Positions 29,165 through 38,221 of a stretch of 64,000 bases of DNA are shown in pieces. The number at the start of each line of letters is the position of its first letter. Positions within the stretch are counted from its first letter, which is position 1. The notes under the pieces are model-generated. The model saw only the letters and a list, made by a program, of their open reading frames with translations, searched no databases and had not been told where the DNA came from. Source of the DNA: Chthoniobacterales bacterium (lineage in GTDB: Bacteria; Verrucomicrobiota; Verrucomicrobiia; Chthoniobacterales; Chthoniobacteraceae); assembly GCA_038207335.1 (NCBI GenBank), contig JBBQZX010000005.1:1-64000 (forward strand), read 5' to 3'. The translations under genes were made by a program, and so were the position numbers.

Positions 29165-31000
29165 ATGACACTCACCCCGCGACACAAGAGGAGCCTGACT
29201 TCGCTCCTAGCTGCCACTCTAGCCGTGCTGACACTCACGACCTCCGCCCACGCTTGGTGGAACGACGAGTGGACGATGCGCAAGAAGGTCACACTCGACA
29301 CGACTTCAAAAGGCGCGGCGATCGACGAGCAGATTGGCACAAGCCCGATCCTCATCCGCCTGCACGACGGCGAGTTCCAGTTCGGTGCTGCGCGCGAAGA
29401 TGGCAGCGACCTGCGTTTCGTCGCAGCCGATGACAAGACGCCGCTGACCTATCACATCGAGAAATTCGACGCACTGATGGGTGAGGCATTCGTCTGGGTG
29501 AAGCTACCGGACGTGAAGCCCGGGGAGCAGACGACTTTCTGGCTCTACTACGGCAACCAAGGCACGAAAGCCACGAAAGCCGACGACCCAAAAGGATCCT
29601 TCGACACCAACACAGTCCTTGCCTACCACTTCGCCGACAAAGGCCAGCCACCGATCGACTCCAGCGCCTCCGGCAACAACGCCGAAAAGGCTGCCACCCC
29701 ATCTGACGGCTCGATGATCGGCGCTGGTCTGCGCCTCACCGGCAAGCCATCGGTTACCATTCCCGAGTCCGATTCCCTGACATGGAGTGATGGCGGCGCG
29801 ATGACATGGTCGGCGTGGGTCAAACCGACCGCGCTGGAAGCCAACGCCGTGATGTTCTCCCGTCAAGAGGGCGCTAACGCCTTCACTATCGGCATCGACA
29901 ACGGCGTGCCTTTCACGGAAGTCACCGGCGCTGGCGGCAAGCAGCGCACAGGCGTAGGCGCACCGATCACGGTGAACTCATGGCATCACCTAGCCGTCGT
30001 AGCCGATGGCGCAAAGACGACGCTCTATCTCGACGGCGAGAGCTATACCACGGCAGCCGCCGGACTACCCGCGCTCAAAGGCCCGCTAACTATCGGTGGC
30101 GACGCCGCAAATGAAGCCGCGGCAGGGCTCGTCGGCGAAATGGATGAGCTGGAAATCTCAAAGGTCGCACGGCCACTCGGATACCTGAAGCTGGCCGCAT
30201 TCGGGCAAGGGAGCGAGAAGGCGGGCAAACTATTGGCGCTTGGTCTCGACGAACAGACTTCGACCTGGCTCAGCGGCACATTCGGCATCCTGATGAAGTC
30301 GCTGACCGTCGATGGCTGGGTCGTCATCGGCATCCTCATCATCATGGCAGCGATTAGCTGGCTCGTGATGTTCAACAAAGCCAGCTACCTCAGCAGCATC
30401 TCGAAAGGCAATGCGCTCTTCATGAAGGAGTGGCGTCACGTCGCGGCCGACCTCACAGTGCTCGACGACGCCGATGAGGAGAAGGTAAAGACCTTTGGCG
30501 GACGCGTGAATGCGGGTGGCTTAAAGCTCATCCGCAGCGCCTCGGTATTCCGCATCTACCACATCGGTGCGGAGGAAATCCGGCACCGCCTCGCCGCCGA
30601 CCGCAACGACGGGACACGCAAGGCGCTCTCCGGTCGATCCATCCAAGCCATCCGCGCAAGTCTCGATGGTGGCCTTGTCCGCGAGACACAGAAGCTCAAC
30701 AGCCTCATGGTCTTTCTGACCATCGCGATCTCCGGGGGACCTTTCCTTGGCCTGCTCGGAACCGTCGTCGGCGTCATGATTACCTTCGCCGCCATCGCCG
30801 CTGCCGGCGACGTGAATGTCAACGCCATCGCCCCCGGCATCGCGGCAGCGCTGGTGGCGACCGTCGCCGGCCTCGTCGTCGCGATCCCGGCCCTCTTTGG
30901 CTACAATTACCTTACTTCCAAGATCAAGGAAGCCACGACCGACATGCACGTCTTCGTGGACGAGTTCGTGACGAAAATGGCGGAGTTCTACCGCGACTAA
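29165..31000 (+). CDS. DUF2341 + LamG (ConA-like) + MotA/TolQ/ExbB fusion protein
   Basis: AHAWWNDEWTMRKKVTLD, DGSDLRFVAADDKTPLTYHIEKFD..AFVWVK (DUF2341-like); WSAWVKP, WHHLAVV, LYLDG, GEMDELEIS (LamG); GGPFLGLLGTVVGVMITF and IAPGIAAALVATVAGLVVAIPA (ExbB). Confidence 0.88.
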   Translation: MTLTPRHKRSLTSLLAATLAVLTLTTSAHAWWNDEWTMRKKVTLDTTSKGAAIDEQIGTSPILIRLHDGEFQFGAAREDGSDLRFVAADDKTPLTYHIEKFDALMGEAFVWVKLPDVKPGEQTTFWLYYGNQGTKATKADDPKGSFDTNTVLAYHFADKGQPPIDSSASGNNAEKAATPSDGSMIGAGLRLTGKPSVTIPESDSLTWSDGGAMTWSAWVKPTALEANAVMFSRQEGANAFTIGIDNGVPFTEVTGAGGKQRTGVGAPITVNSWHHLAVVADGAKTTLYLDGESYTTAAAGLPALKGPLTIGGDAANEAAAGLVGEMDELEISKVARPLGYLKLAAFGQGSEKAGKLLALGLDEQTSTWLSGTFGILMKSLTVDGWVVIGILIIMAAISWLVMFNKASYLSSISKGNALFMKEWRHVAADLTVLDDADEEKVKTFGGRVNAGGLKLIRSASVFRIYHIGAEEIRHRLAADRNDGTRKALSGRSIQAIRASLDGGLVRETQKLNSLMVFLTIAISGGPFLGLLGTVVGVMITFAAIAAAGDVNVNAIAPGIAAALVATVAGLVVAIPALFGYNYLTSKIKEATTDMHVFVDEFVTKMAEFYRD

Positions 31001-31018
31001 CCAACCCCCACATAACCT

Positions 31019-31423
31019 ATGCAACTCCAAGACGACAACGCTCCCTACGACCAAGTCAACATCACCCCGATGGTGGACCTCGTGTTCGTGCTGCTGGTGA
31101 TCTTCATCCTCATGTGCACCGCCTCCGTGCAGGGCTTGAAAGTCAACCTGCCAAAAGCCAGCACATCCTCACCGAGCCTCGCGAAGCCAAAGACCAAGTC
31201 CATAACCATTAACAACGAAGGAAAGGTCTTTCTTGATACCGTCCCTGTTACCTTGGCAGAGCTGGAGCAGCGGTTGAACAGTCAGAAGTCACTCACGCCA
31301 GATTTCCCGGTCGTCGTTCGTGGCGACAGCCTTACCCAATACCAAGGCGTGATGGACGTCCTCGATGTCCTCGGACGACTGGGACTTAGCCAAGTCGGTC
31401 TCGCGACAAAACCCGCAAAATAA
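31019..31423 (+). CDS. exbD: Biopolymer transporter ExbD
   Basis: VNITPMVDLVFVLLVIFIL with the conserved TM Asp, VNLPKAS, VVVRGD...YQGVMDVLD. Confidence 0.92.
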   Translation: MQLQDDNAPYDQVNITPMVDLVFVLLVIFILMCTASVQGLKVNLPKASTSSPSLAKPKTKSITINNEGKVFLDTVPVTLAELEQRLNSQKSLTPDFPVVVRGDSLTQYQGVMDVLDVLGRLGLSQVGLATKPAK

Positions 31424-31442
31424 CCCTTAACTCTCCTGACTT

Positions 31443-32225
31443 ATGAGCTTGCTCCTCGAAGAAGAAAAACGCGTCGAACGGAAACCCGCGAACGCCACGG
31501 TAAAGCCTCAGCCTCCCGTCCGCGATATCTATCAGGATGAGCTGGACAACGAACCCGGATTCGCGCGCCAAAATCGCACCGCTCTCATTGTTATCGGCCT
31601 CATCCTGATCGGCGCTGGCTTCGGAGCGGTGAAGATTTTCACCGGCGATTCCCACCCGACCGTGCGGCCCGCGCAGGAAATAACGATGGTGCGCATCGCC
31701 CCGCCGCCGCCCGCGCTTCCTCCACCGCCTCCGCCTCCGCCACAGCAGGCACCGCCGCCGGAGGACAAGATGATCGACCAGGCTCCAGTCGATGACGCGC
31801 CAAAGCCGGACGAAGCTCCCGAGCCGCCCGCACCCGCGCTGGGCACCGGCATCAAAGGCAGCGGCGCGCCCGACGGCTTCGGCCTCAGCGGCTCGCGTGG
31901 AAATGGCATCATCGGCGGCCGCGGGACGGGCGGCAGCACGGCCGGCAAATGGGACGGCTACGCGCGCCAAATCCAGAACCGCGTCGCTGAGGCGCTCCGC
32001 AGCAATCGTAAGACGCGCAGCGCGGAATTCACCCTTCAAGTCCGTATCTGGCCGGACTCCACGGGCCGCATCGCACGCGCCCAGCTCATCGGCACAAGCG
32101 GCGACCGCGATGTCGATAACGCCATCCAGCGCGACGCGCTCACCGGTCTGCAACTTCCCGAGCCGCCGCCCGCCGGGATGCCCTCCTCCACGCTCATCCG
32201 CCTCACCGCAAAGAAGCAGCGCTGA
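31443..32225 (+). CDS. TonB/TolA-like energy transducer
   Basis: Single N-terminal TM, poly-Pro linker (PPPPALPPPPPPPPQ), Gly-rich stretch, C-terminal TonB_C-like VRIWPDSTGRI...GTSGDRDVDNAI. Confidence 0.85.
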   Translation: MSLLLEEEKRVERKPANATVKPQPPVRDIYQDELDNEPGFARQNRTALIVIGLILIGAGFGAVKIFTGDSHPTVRPAQEITMVRIAPPPPALPPPPPPPPQQAPPPEDKMIDQAPVDDAPKPDEAPEPPAPALGTGIKGSGAPDGFGLSGSRGNGIIGGRGTGGSTAGKWDGYARQIQNRVAEALRSNRKTRSAEFTLQVRIWPDSTGRIARAQLIGTSGDRDVDNAIQRDALTGLQLPEPPPAGMPSSTLIRLTAKKQR

Positions 32226-32243
32226 CCATTTTCTCCACCTCTC

Positions 32244-34241
32244 ATGTCCCATCCAACCACCGTCTTTCGACGGCGACTGGCAGTCTTTTTTGCGTCCTCA
32301 TGCTGTGCCGCACAGGCATTCGCCGGGCGTCCTGTCGAGCCTCCGCTCCCCGTCACGGAAGCGCCTCCGCCGAGCAACCCGCTCGCGCTCATTGCTCTAG
32401 CAGCGCCCACAGCGCCATCGGAAAAGAGCGCGCCTTCACTCGCTCACGGTGCCGCTGAAATGCCCGCGGTTCCGGCGAAAGCGACACCTTCACAAAACGT
32501 CACGATCAACCTGATCAACCGGCTCGTGGAGCGCGGAGTGCTGGCAAAAGAGGACGCTGTCGATCTCATCAAGCAAGCCGAGGAAGACGCGATCAAAGCG
32601 CGCGAACAATCCTCGAACGTCGCGCAAGTCCTTCCTCCGTCCGCCGCGATTTCCGAGGAGCCAGTGCTTGCGAAGCCGCCGCTTTTTCCCGACGCACAAG
32701 TCACGCCCAGCCCGCTCCCGCCCGAGGATGATCCGGTGCGCGTGGCCTACATTCCGCCGGTCGTCGTGTCTAGGATGCGGGATGAAATCAAGGCCGACTT
32801 GCTCGAAGAATTGAGCCACGATAAGACTGGCACCGTCAAGATTCCAGACTGGGTGCCGCGCTTCCGCGTGAGCGGCGACATCCGCGTCCGCTACGATGGG
32901 ACTTACCTCCCATCGACTAAGCTCAACGCCAATGGCGAAGTCGTCTCCGGCAACGACAACACCGGCGCTTTTCCGAACTTCAACTCGATCAACACCGGTG
33001 CGCCATTCGACGTGAGCGGCAACACGTTCGCGCCGCAGACCAATGTCGATCAGGATCGAAATCGCTTCCGTCTACGCCTGCGCATCGCGGCAGAAGTTGA
33101 TATGGGTGAGGGCTTTAGCGCTGGTATCCGAATCGCGACCGGCGAGAACAACAGCCCTGTCTCCACAAACCAAAGCTTTGGCCTCGCCAACAATGGGCAA
33201 GGCGGAGACTTCTCGAAATACTCCATCTGGCTCGACCGCGCCTACCTGCGCTACCAAGTCGGGGGCACGCCGGAGCGCGACTTTTCGATCATGGTCGGGC
33301 GCTTCGACAATCCGTTCTTCAACACCGAGATCGTGTTCGACGACGACGTGGGCTTCGACGGCGTCGCGATCACTGGAAAATACCGGTTCTTCGAACGCCT
33401 GACGCCATTCATCACCGCGGGCGCGTTCCCTGTTTTCAATACCGACTTCAACTTCTCTAGCAACCAGCCGGCGAAGTTCAAAAGCGAAGACAAGTATCTC
33501 TACGCGGCGCAAATCGGCACCGATTTGAAAGTAACCAAAGACCTCTCTGCGAAACTCGGCGTGGCCTACTACCACTACGACAAGATCGAGGGCCGCCTCT
33601 CCAGTCCTTTCACCCCGCTCAACTCCTCCGACCAAGGTGACACCGACGGCACGCGTCCATCTTTCGCCCAAAAAGGAAACACCTACCGACCGCTGCGAAA
33701 CATCGTGGCGAATGCGAGTAACAACTTCGGAACCACCAACCAATTCCAGTACTTCGGACTCGCGACACCTTTCCACGAACTTTCGATCACCGCGCGGCTC
33801 GACTACAATCGCTTCGAGCCATTCCAAGTCTCGCTCATCGGCGAGTATGTGAAAAACCTCGCCTTCAATGGCTCGGACGTCGAACGCGTGGCGATCAACA
33901 ACCGCGGCGCAAACACCAACAGCGGCTCTATCGGAAGTTTCTCAGGCGGCGATACCGCGTGGATCGTCGGCCTGCGCGTCGGGCACCTCGTGCTCGAGAA
34001 GCGGTGGGATTGGAATGCCTTCATCGGATACCGCTACGTCGAGTCCGATGCGGTCGTTGACGGCCTCACCGACTCCGACTTCGGTCTAGGGGGGACAAAT
34101 GTGAAAGGCTACACGGTCGGCGCGACGCTCGCCCTCGGTGCGCGCGTGAATCTCGGCCTGCGCTGGCTCAGCGCGGACAGCATCTCCGGCCCGCCCTTCA
34201 AGAGCGACGTCCTGCAAGTCGATGTGAACGGCAAATTCTGA
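32244..34241 (+). CDS. Putative outer-membrane porin with a long N-terminal periplasmic extension
   Basis: Signal peptide, Pro-rich segment, INLINRLVERGVL helix; then SGDIRVRY, DRNRFRLRLRI, IWLDRAYL, VFDDDVGFDG, DSDFGLGGTNVKGY; terminal strand LQVDVNGKF. Confidence 0.82.
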   Translation: MSHPTTVFRRRLAVFFASSCCAAQAFAGRPVEPPLPVTEAPPPSNPLALIALAAPTAPSEKSAPSLAHGAAEMPAVPAKATPSQNVTINLINRLVERGVLAKEDAVDLIKQAEEDAIKAREQSSNVAQVLPPSAAISEEPVLAKPPLFPDAQVTPSPLPPEDDPVRVAYIPPVVVSRMRDEIKADLLEELSHDKTGTVKIPDWVPRFRVSGDIRVRYDGTYLPSTKLNANGEVVSGNDNTGAFPNFNSINTGAPFDVSGNTFAPQTNVDQDRNRFRLRLRIAAEVDMGEGFSAGIRIATGENNSPVSTNQSFGLANNGQGGDFSKYSIWLDRAYLRYQVGGTPERDFSIMVGRFDNPFFNTEIVFDDDVGFDGVAITGKYRFFERLTPFITAGAFPVFNTDFNFSSNQPAKFKSEDKYLYAAQIGTDLKVTKDLSAKLGVAYYHYDKIEGRLSSPFTPLNSSDQGDTDGTRPSFAQKGNTYRPLRNIVANASNNFGTTNQFQYFGLATPFHELSITARLDYNRFEPFQVSLIGEYVKNLAFNGSDVERVAINNRGANTNSGSIGSFSGGDTAWIVGLRVGHLVLEKRWDWNAFIGYRYVESDAVVDGLTDSDFGLGGTNVKGYTVGATLALGARVNLGLRWLSADSISGPPFKSDVLQVDVNGKF

Positions 34242-34246
34242 ATCTC

Positions 34247-34864
34247 ATGTCTCGTCTCCCACTCTTCTTCCTTCTCACTCTCTTCATCCATCCGATCGCC
34301 CGCGCCGCCGAGCAGGACGCTGCAGTCGCCAAGATGCGCGACATATTGAAAGCCACGATGCTCCAGCAGCGCGCGGCCGAAACCGCCCGCGACGCTGCAG
34401 TCGCCGCGCAAGCCGAGGCCGAGACGAAAAGCAAAACGCTCACCGAGCAAGTGGCCGCGCAGGGCAAGCAACTCGCCGCCGACAAAGACGCGAACGACAA
34501 AAAGATCGCCGCGCTCGAGACCAAGCTCGCCGAGCGCGAAGCCGAACTCGCCCAATACAAAGCCGCGCTCGAGAAGCTGAAAGTCGCCGAAAAAAAGGCA
34601 GCCGAACTCGCCGCGACCAAGGAAGTGCAGCGCGAAAAACTCGCGGGTGAGACGATCGTGCTTCAGCGGAAAGTCGCCGACCAGCAGGTGCGGAATCTCG
34701 CGATGTTCAAGCTCGGGAAGGAGATCCTAGCCCGCTACGAGAAGTTCGGTCTCGGCGACGCTCTCACCGCCCGCGAGCCATTCATCGGCATCACCCGTGT
34801 GAAATTCGAGAACCTGATCCAGGACTTCGGCGACAAGCTCAACGAGCAGCGAATCAACCAGTAG
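34247..34864 (+). CDS. Secreted/periplasmic coiled-coil protein
   Basis: Signal peptide then Ala/Glu/Lys heptads; ends EPFIGITRVKFENLIQDFGDKL; starts 5 nt after the porin gene. Confidence 0.8.
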   Translation: MSRLPLFFLLTLFIHPIARAAEQDAAVAKMRDILKATMLQQRAAETARDAAVAAQAEAETKSKTLTEQVAAQGKQLAADKDANDKKIAALETKLAEREAELAQYKAALEKLKVAEKKAAELAATKEVQREKLAGETIVLQRKVADQQVRNLAMFKLGKEILARYEKFGLGDALTAREPFIGITRVKFENLIQDFGDKLNEQRINQ

Positions 34865-34888
34865 AGCCGCTCCGCAGTCATCACGTCC

Positions 34889-34987
34889 GGGTGGAGAACG
34901 CGCTCGCGTGTCCTCTACTGTGACCGGAGTCGCGTCCCTCCCGCCAAACGCACTCAGGCCACGGTACGAGAGCCATGTGCTCCACCC
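34889..34987. repeat. ~100-bp REPIN/MITE-like element with imperfect ~25-bp terminal inverted repeats
   Basis: Left arm GGGTGGAGAACGCGCTCGCGTGTC; reverse complement of the right arm is GGGTGGAGCACATGGCTCTCGTACC. Confidence 0.5.
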
Positions 34988-35015
34988 AACGCGTCCGCTT
35001 CGTCGAGCCTTTGCC

Positions 35016-35044
35016 TTGCCGGTCTCGCGCCCATCCGCCACCGT
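35016..35044 (+). promoter_or_regulatory. Sigma70-like promoter of sppA (near-leaderless)
   Basis: TTGCCG-17 nt-CACCGT-9 nt-ATG. Confidence 0.4.
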
Positions 35045-35053
35045 CTCCGCTCT

Positions 35054-36067
35054 ATGTCCACGAAGCGCTTCGGATGCCTTGGCATCTTCATCTTTCTCCT
35101 GCTCCTGCTCAGCCTCGCGGTGAATGCGATCTTCCTCGCCACGCGCAGCGCGAAAGTCGCCGCCAACGGCCTCCTCAAGTCCGAGCCCCCGAAATTCGAC
35201 GAATCGCTCGTGCTTCCGGGCAAGGACGGCAGCGACGACAAAATCGCACTCATCTACCTCCGCGGCATCATCACAAACGCCGAGCCCGGCTCCATCGGCG
35301 AGACCGCGATCGACGACCTCCGCATTCAACTCAAGCAAGCCGCCAGCGACGAAAAAGTGAAGGCCGTCGTCCTCTACATCGACTCGCCAGGCGGCGAAGT
35401 CACCGCATCTGACATGATTTACAATGCCGTCCGCCGCGTGCGCGACGACGCGAAAAAGCCTGTCGTCGTTTACATGGGCGCGCTGGCCGCGTCCGGTGGT
35501 TACTACGTCGCGTGCGGCGGTTCGTGGCTCATCGCGAACGATACCACCTTCACTGGCAGTATCGGCGTCATCATGCAGACGCTGAATTACCAGGCGCTTT
35601 TCGACAAAGTCGGCCTCCAGATGCAGACGTTTAAAAGCGGCAAATTCAAGGACATGCTCAGCGGCTCGCGGCAGCCAACCGACGAGGAAAAAGCATACGT
35701 CCAGGGACTCGTCATGCAGACTTACGGCAAGTTCGTCGGCATCGTCGCGAGAGAGCGCGGACTGCCCGAAGATCAACTGCGTGCGGGCATCGCCGACGGC
35801 CGAGTCGTTTCGGGAAAAGACGCGCTCGACGAGAAATTGATCAACGGCCTCGGCGAAGTCGAAGACGCGTATGCAAAGGCGATGGAACTCGCGCATGCCC
35901 CGGGAGCCGCCGTCGTGAAATACCAATCGTCATTCGCATTCGGGAAACTTTTCCGACTCCTCGGCCAGTCCGAGAAATCCAAAATCGAGGTGAACCTTTC
36001 CAACTCGATCGTGCCGAAACTCGAAGCTGGGCGGATGTATTACCTCCCGAGTTTCTACGCGGAATAG
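35054..36067 (+). CDS. sppA: Signal peptide peptidase SppA (S49)
   Basis: N-terminal TM, IDSPGGEVTASD, AASGGYYVAC, TGSIGVI, KSGKFKDM, ADGRVVSG. Confidence 0.94.
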   Translation: MSTKRFGCLGIFIFLLLLLSLAVNAIFLATRSAKVAANGLLKSEPPKFDESLVLPGKDGSDDKIALIYLRGIITNAEPGSIGETAIDDLRIQLKQAASDEKVKAVVLYIDSPGGEVTASDMIYNAVRRVRDDAKKPVVVYMGALAASGGYYVACGGSWLIANDTTFTGSIGVIMQTLNYQALFDKVGLQMQTFKSGKFKDMLSGSRQPTDEEKAYVQGLVMQTYGKFVGIVARERGLPEDQLRAGIADGRVVSGKDALDEKLINGLGEVEDAYAKAMELAHAPGAAVVKYQSSFAFGKLFRLLGQSEKSKIEVNLSNSIVPKLEAGRMYYLPSFYAE

Positions 36068-36094
36068 CCCGCGCTCACCTAGCGCACGGAAGCT

Positions 36095-36913
36095 GTGGAC
36101 GCCCAAATCAACCTGCCCACGCTGCTGATTTTCAGCGCGATCCTCTTTGCCGCCATCGGCGTCTATCAGAGCGTCATGCGCCGCATCATCGAGGCCGGTG
36201 GCCTCGTCCGTGCAGCGGAATTCCAGCTCGCCGACCTGCTCACCGCCGTCGTCCTCGCGGGCTTATTCACGATCAATGTCTTCCTCTCGCTGCTCCACAG
36301 CGACGCGCCGGCACCCCTCCCGAATTCCGACGGCATCCTCCCGACCGCGGTTTACATGCTCATTCTCGTCGCTGGCATCGCCGGCTTTTTGCGACTCCGA
36401 AACATCGACCTCTGGCGCCTCTTCGGCTTCGACCGCGTTTCGCGCGGCCGCGCAATGGCCACCGGCCTGGGCCTGATCCTGGCGGCGTTCCCGATCATCG
36501 TCGCCGTCGCATCCCTCTCCCAAAAGCTCCTCGACACCGGCACCCACGAGCAGGAACTCGTCACACTCTTCCGCGATGTCACACGAAAATCCGACACCGC
36601 TACCATGGCGAAAATCATCCTCGCCGGCGTCGTGATCGCGCCCATTACCGAGGAATTCCTCTTCCGCGGATATTTCTACGGCGCGCTGAAAAGATACTCC
36701 GGCGGCTTCGTCAGCGCCGTCTTTGTCTCCGCGCTTTTCGCCGCCATCCACCTGAATCTCGCCTCCGCGCCGAGCCTGTTCATCCTCGCCCTCTGCCTCA
36801 CCATCGCCTACGAGTCCACCGGCTGCATCCTCGTCCCGGTCACGATGCACGCGCTCTTCAATCTCGGCCAGCTCGTCTTCCTTTTCGTCAATGCGCGTGC
36901 GCACATCGGCTGA
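36095..36913 (+). CDS. CPBP (CAAX/Abi) family intramembrane metalloprotease
   Basis: APITEEFLFRG, SALFAAIH, AYESTG..LVPVTMHALFN; multiple TM segments. Confidence 0.92.
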   Translation: MDAQINLPTLLIFSAILFAAIGVYQSVMRRIIEAGGLVRAAEFQLADLLTAVVLAGLFTINVFLSLLHSDAPAPLPNSDGILPTAVYMLILVAGIAGFLRLRNIDLWRLFGFDRVSRGRAMATGLGLILAAFPIIVAVASLSQKLLDTGTHEQELVTLFRDVTRKSDTATMAKIILAGVVIAPITEEFLFRGYFYGALKRYSGGFVSAVFVSALFAAIHLNLASAPSLFILALCLTIAYESTGCILVPVTMHALFNLGQLVFLFVNARAHIG

Positions 36914-37811
36914 TCCCGCGGCGGGGCCGACCCTCGCGCAAATCGGCGAAAACGCGCTGGTCGAAATGCTCACCCGCGGCCTCCCGCGAGACGCCCGCGT
37001 GCGAGTCGCGGCGGGCGACGACTGCGCAGTCATCGGCGCCCCGCGCGACACCCGCTGGCAGCTTTTGAAAACCGACGCCGTCATCGAGGGCGTGCATTTT
37101 CTCCCCGACGAAAACCCCCGCCGCATCGGCTGGAAAGCCCTCTGCCGCGCCATCAGCGACATCGCCGCGATGGGCGGCATCCCCCACTACGCGCTCATCA
37201 CCATCGCCGTCGGGAGTGGGGTGAAAATCGCGCGCATTCGATCTCTCTACGCCGGTCTGCTGCGCGCAGCTGACGCCTTCGGAGTCAGCATCGTCGGGGG
37301 CGAAACCGCGCGTTCACCCGGCTCGCTTTTCCTGAACATCGCGCTCACTGGCAGCGTCGAGCGCACCCGCTGCGTCCTGCGCTCCGGCGGCCGTCCCGGC
37401 GATGTCCTCCTCGTCACCGGCAGGCTCGGCGGCTCGATAAAGGCGAAGCACCTCGACTTCACCCCGCGCCTCGCAGAGGCCCGCTGGCTCGTCGAAAATT
37501 TCAAGCCCACCGCCATGATGGACCTCAGCGACGGACTCGCCGCCGACCTCCCGCGCCTCGCCGCCGCCAGCCGTTGCGGCTTCACGTTGGACAAAGAAAG
37601 AATTCCCCGCACGCGCGGCATCGCGATCGAACGCGCCCTCACGGATGGGGAGGATTATGAATTGCTCATTGCCGTTCCTGCCAATCGTCTTGCCAGCCTC
37701 CAAGCCGCATGGCCACAGAGTTTCCCACGCCTGCCGCTCACGCAAATCGGCTCTCTCAATTCCCAACCCTCAACTCTCATTCCCCTCCGTGGATTCGATC
37801 ATTTCACGTAG
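36891..37811 (+). CDS. thiL: Thiamine-monophosphate kinase
   Basis: IGENALV, GDDCAV, KTDAVIEGVHF, ISDIAAMGG, IVGGET, MDLSDGL, GEDYELL, GFDHF. Confidence 0.95.
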   Translation: MRVRTSADPAAGPTLAQIGENALVEMLTRGLPRDARVRVAAGDDCAVIGAPRDTRWQLLKTDAVIEGVHFLPDENPRRIGWKALCRAISDIAAMGGIPHYALITIAVGSGVKIARIRSLYAGLLRAADAFGVSIVGGETARSPGSLFLNIALTGSVERTRCVLRSGGRPGDVLLVTGRLGGSIKAKHLDFTPRLAEARWLVENFKPTAMMDLSDGLAADLPRLAAASRCGFTLDKERIPRTRGIAIERALTDGEDYELLIAVPANRLASLQAAWPQSFPRLPLTQIGSLNSQPSTLIPLRGFDHFT

Positions 37812-38202
37812 TTCCGAGGAAACATTCGAGTGCGGACGCGCCTTCGCCGCCGCTCTCCGGGGTGGCGAAATCCTCGCCCTCATCGGTGACCTCGGCGCTG
37901 GCAAAACTCATTTCGTCAAAGGCCTCGCCGCCGGCCTTGGACATATCGGTGAAGTCACGAGCCCGACCTTCACCCTCATCCACGAATACACAGGCGGACG
38001 GCTCCCGCTCTGCCACTTCGACTTCTTCCGTCTCGAATCCGAGCGCGAAGTCCTCGACATCGGCCTCGACGACTACCTCGATTCCCGCGCCATCCTCGCC
38101 ATCGAGTGGGCCGAAAAATTCGCCGCTCTCCTCCCCGCCACGACCCGCCGCATCACCTTTCGCCACCTTCCCCACGACACACGCGAAATCGCAATCGCGT
38201 GA
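37789..38202 (+). CDS. tsaE: tRNA threonylcarbamoyladenosine biosynthesis ATPase TsaE
   Basis: Start trimmed to GTG 37789; LIGDLGAGKTHFVKG, VTSPTFTLIHEY, HFDFFRL, IEWAEK. Confidence 0.95.
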   Translation: MDSIISRSSEETFECGRAFAAALRGGEILALIGDLGAGKTHFVKGLAAGLGHIGEVTSPTFTLIHEYTGGRLPLCHFDFFRLESEREVLDIGLDDYLDSRAILAIEWAEKFAALLPATTRRITFRHLPHDTREIAIA

Positions 38203-38221
38203 ACGTTGTCGCTCGCACCCA

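Noticed and set aside
36860..36900. TPP riboswitch before thiL
   Set aside because: thiL overlaps the upstream CDS; there is no leader.
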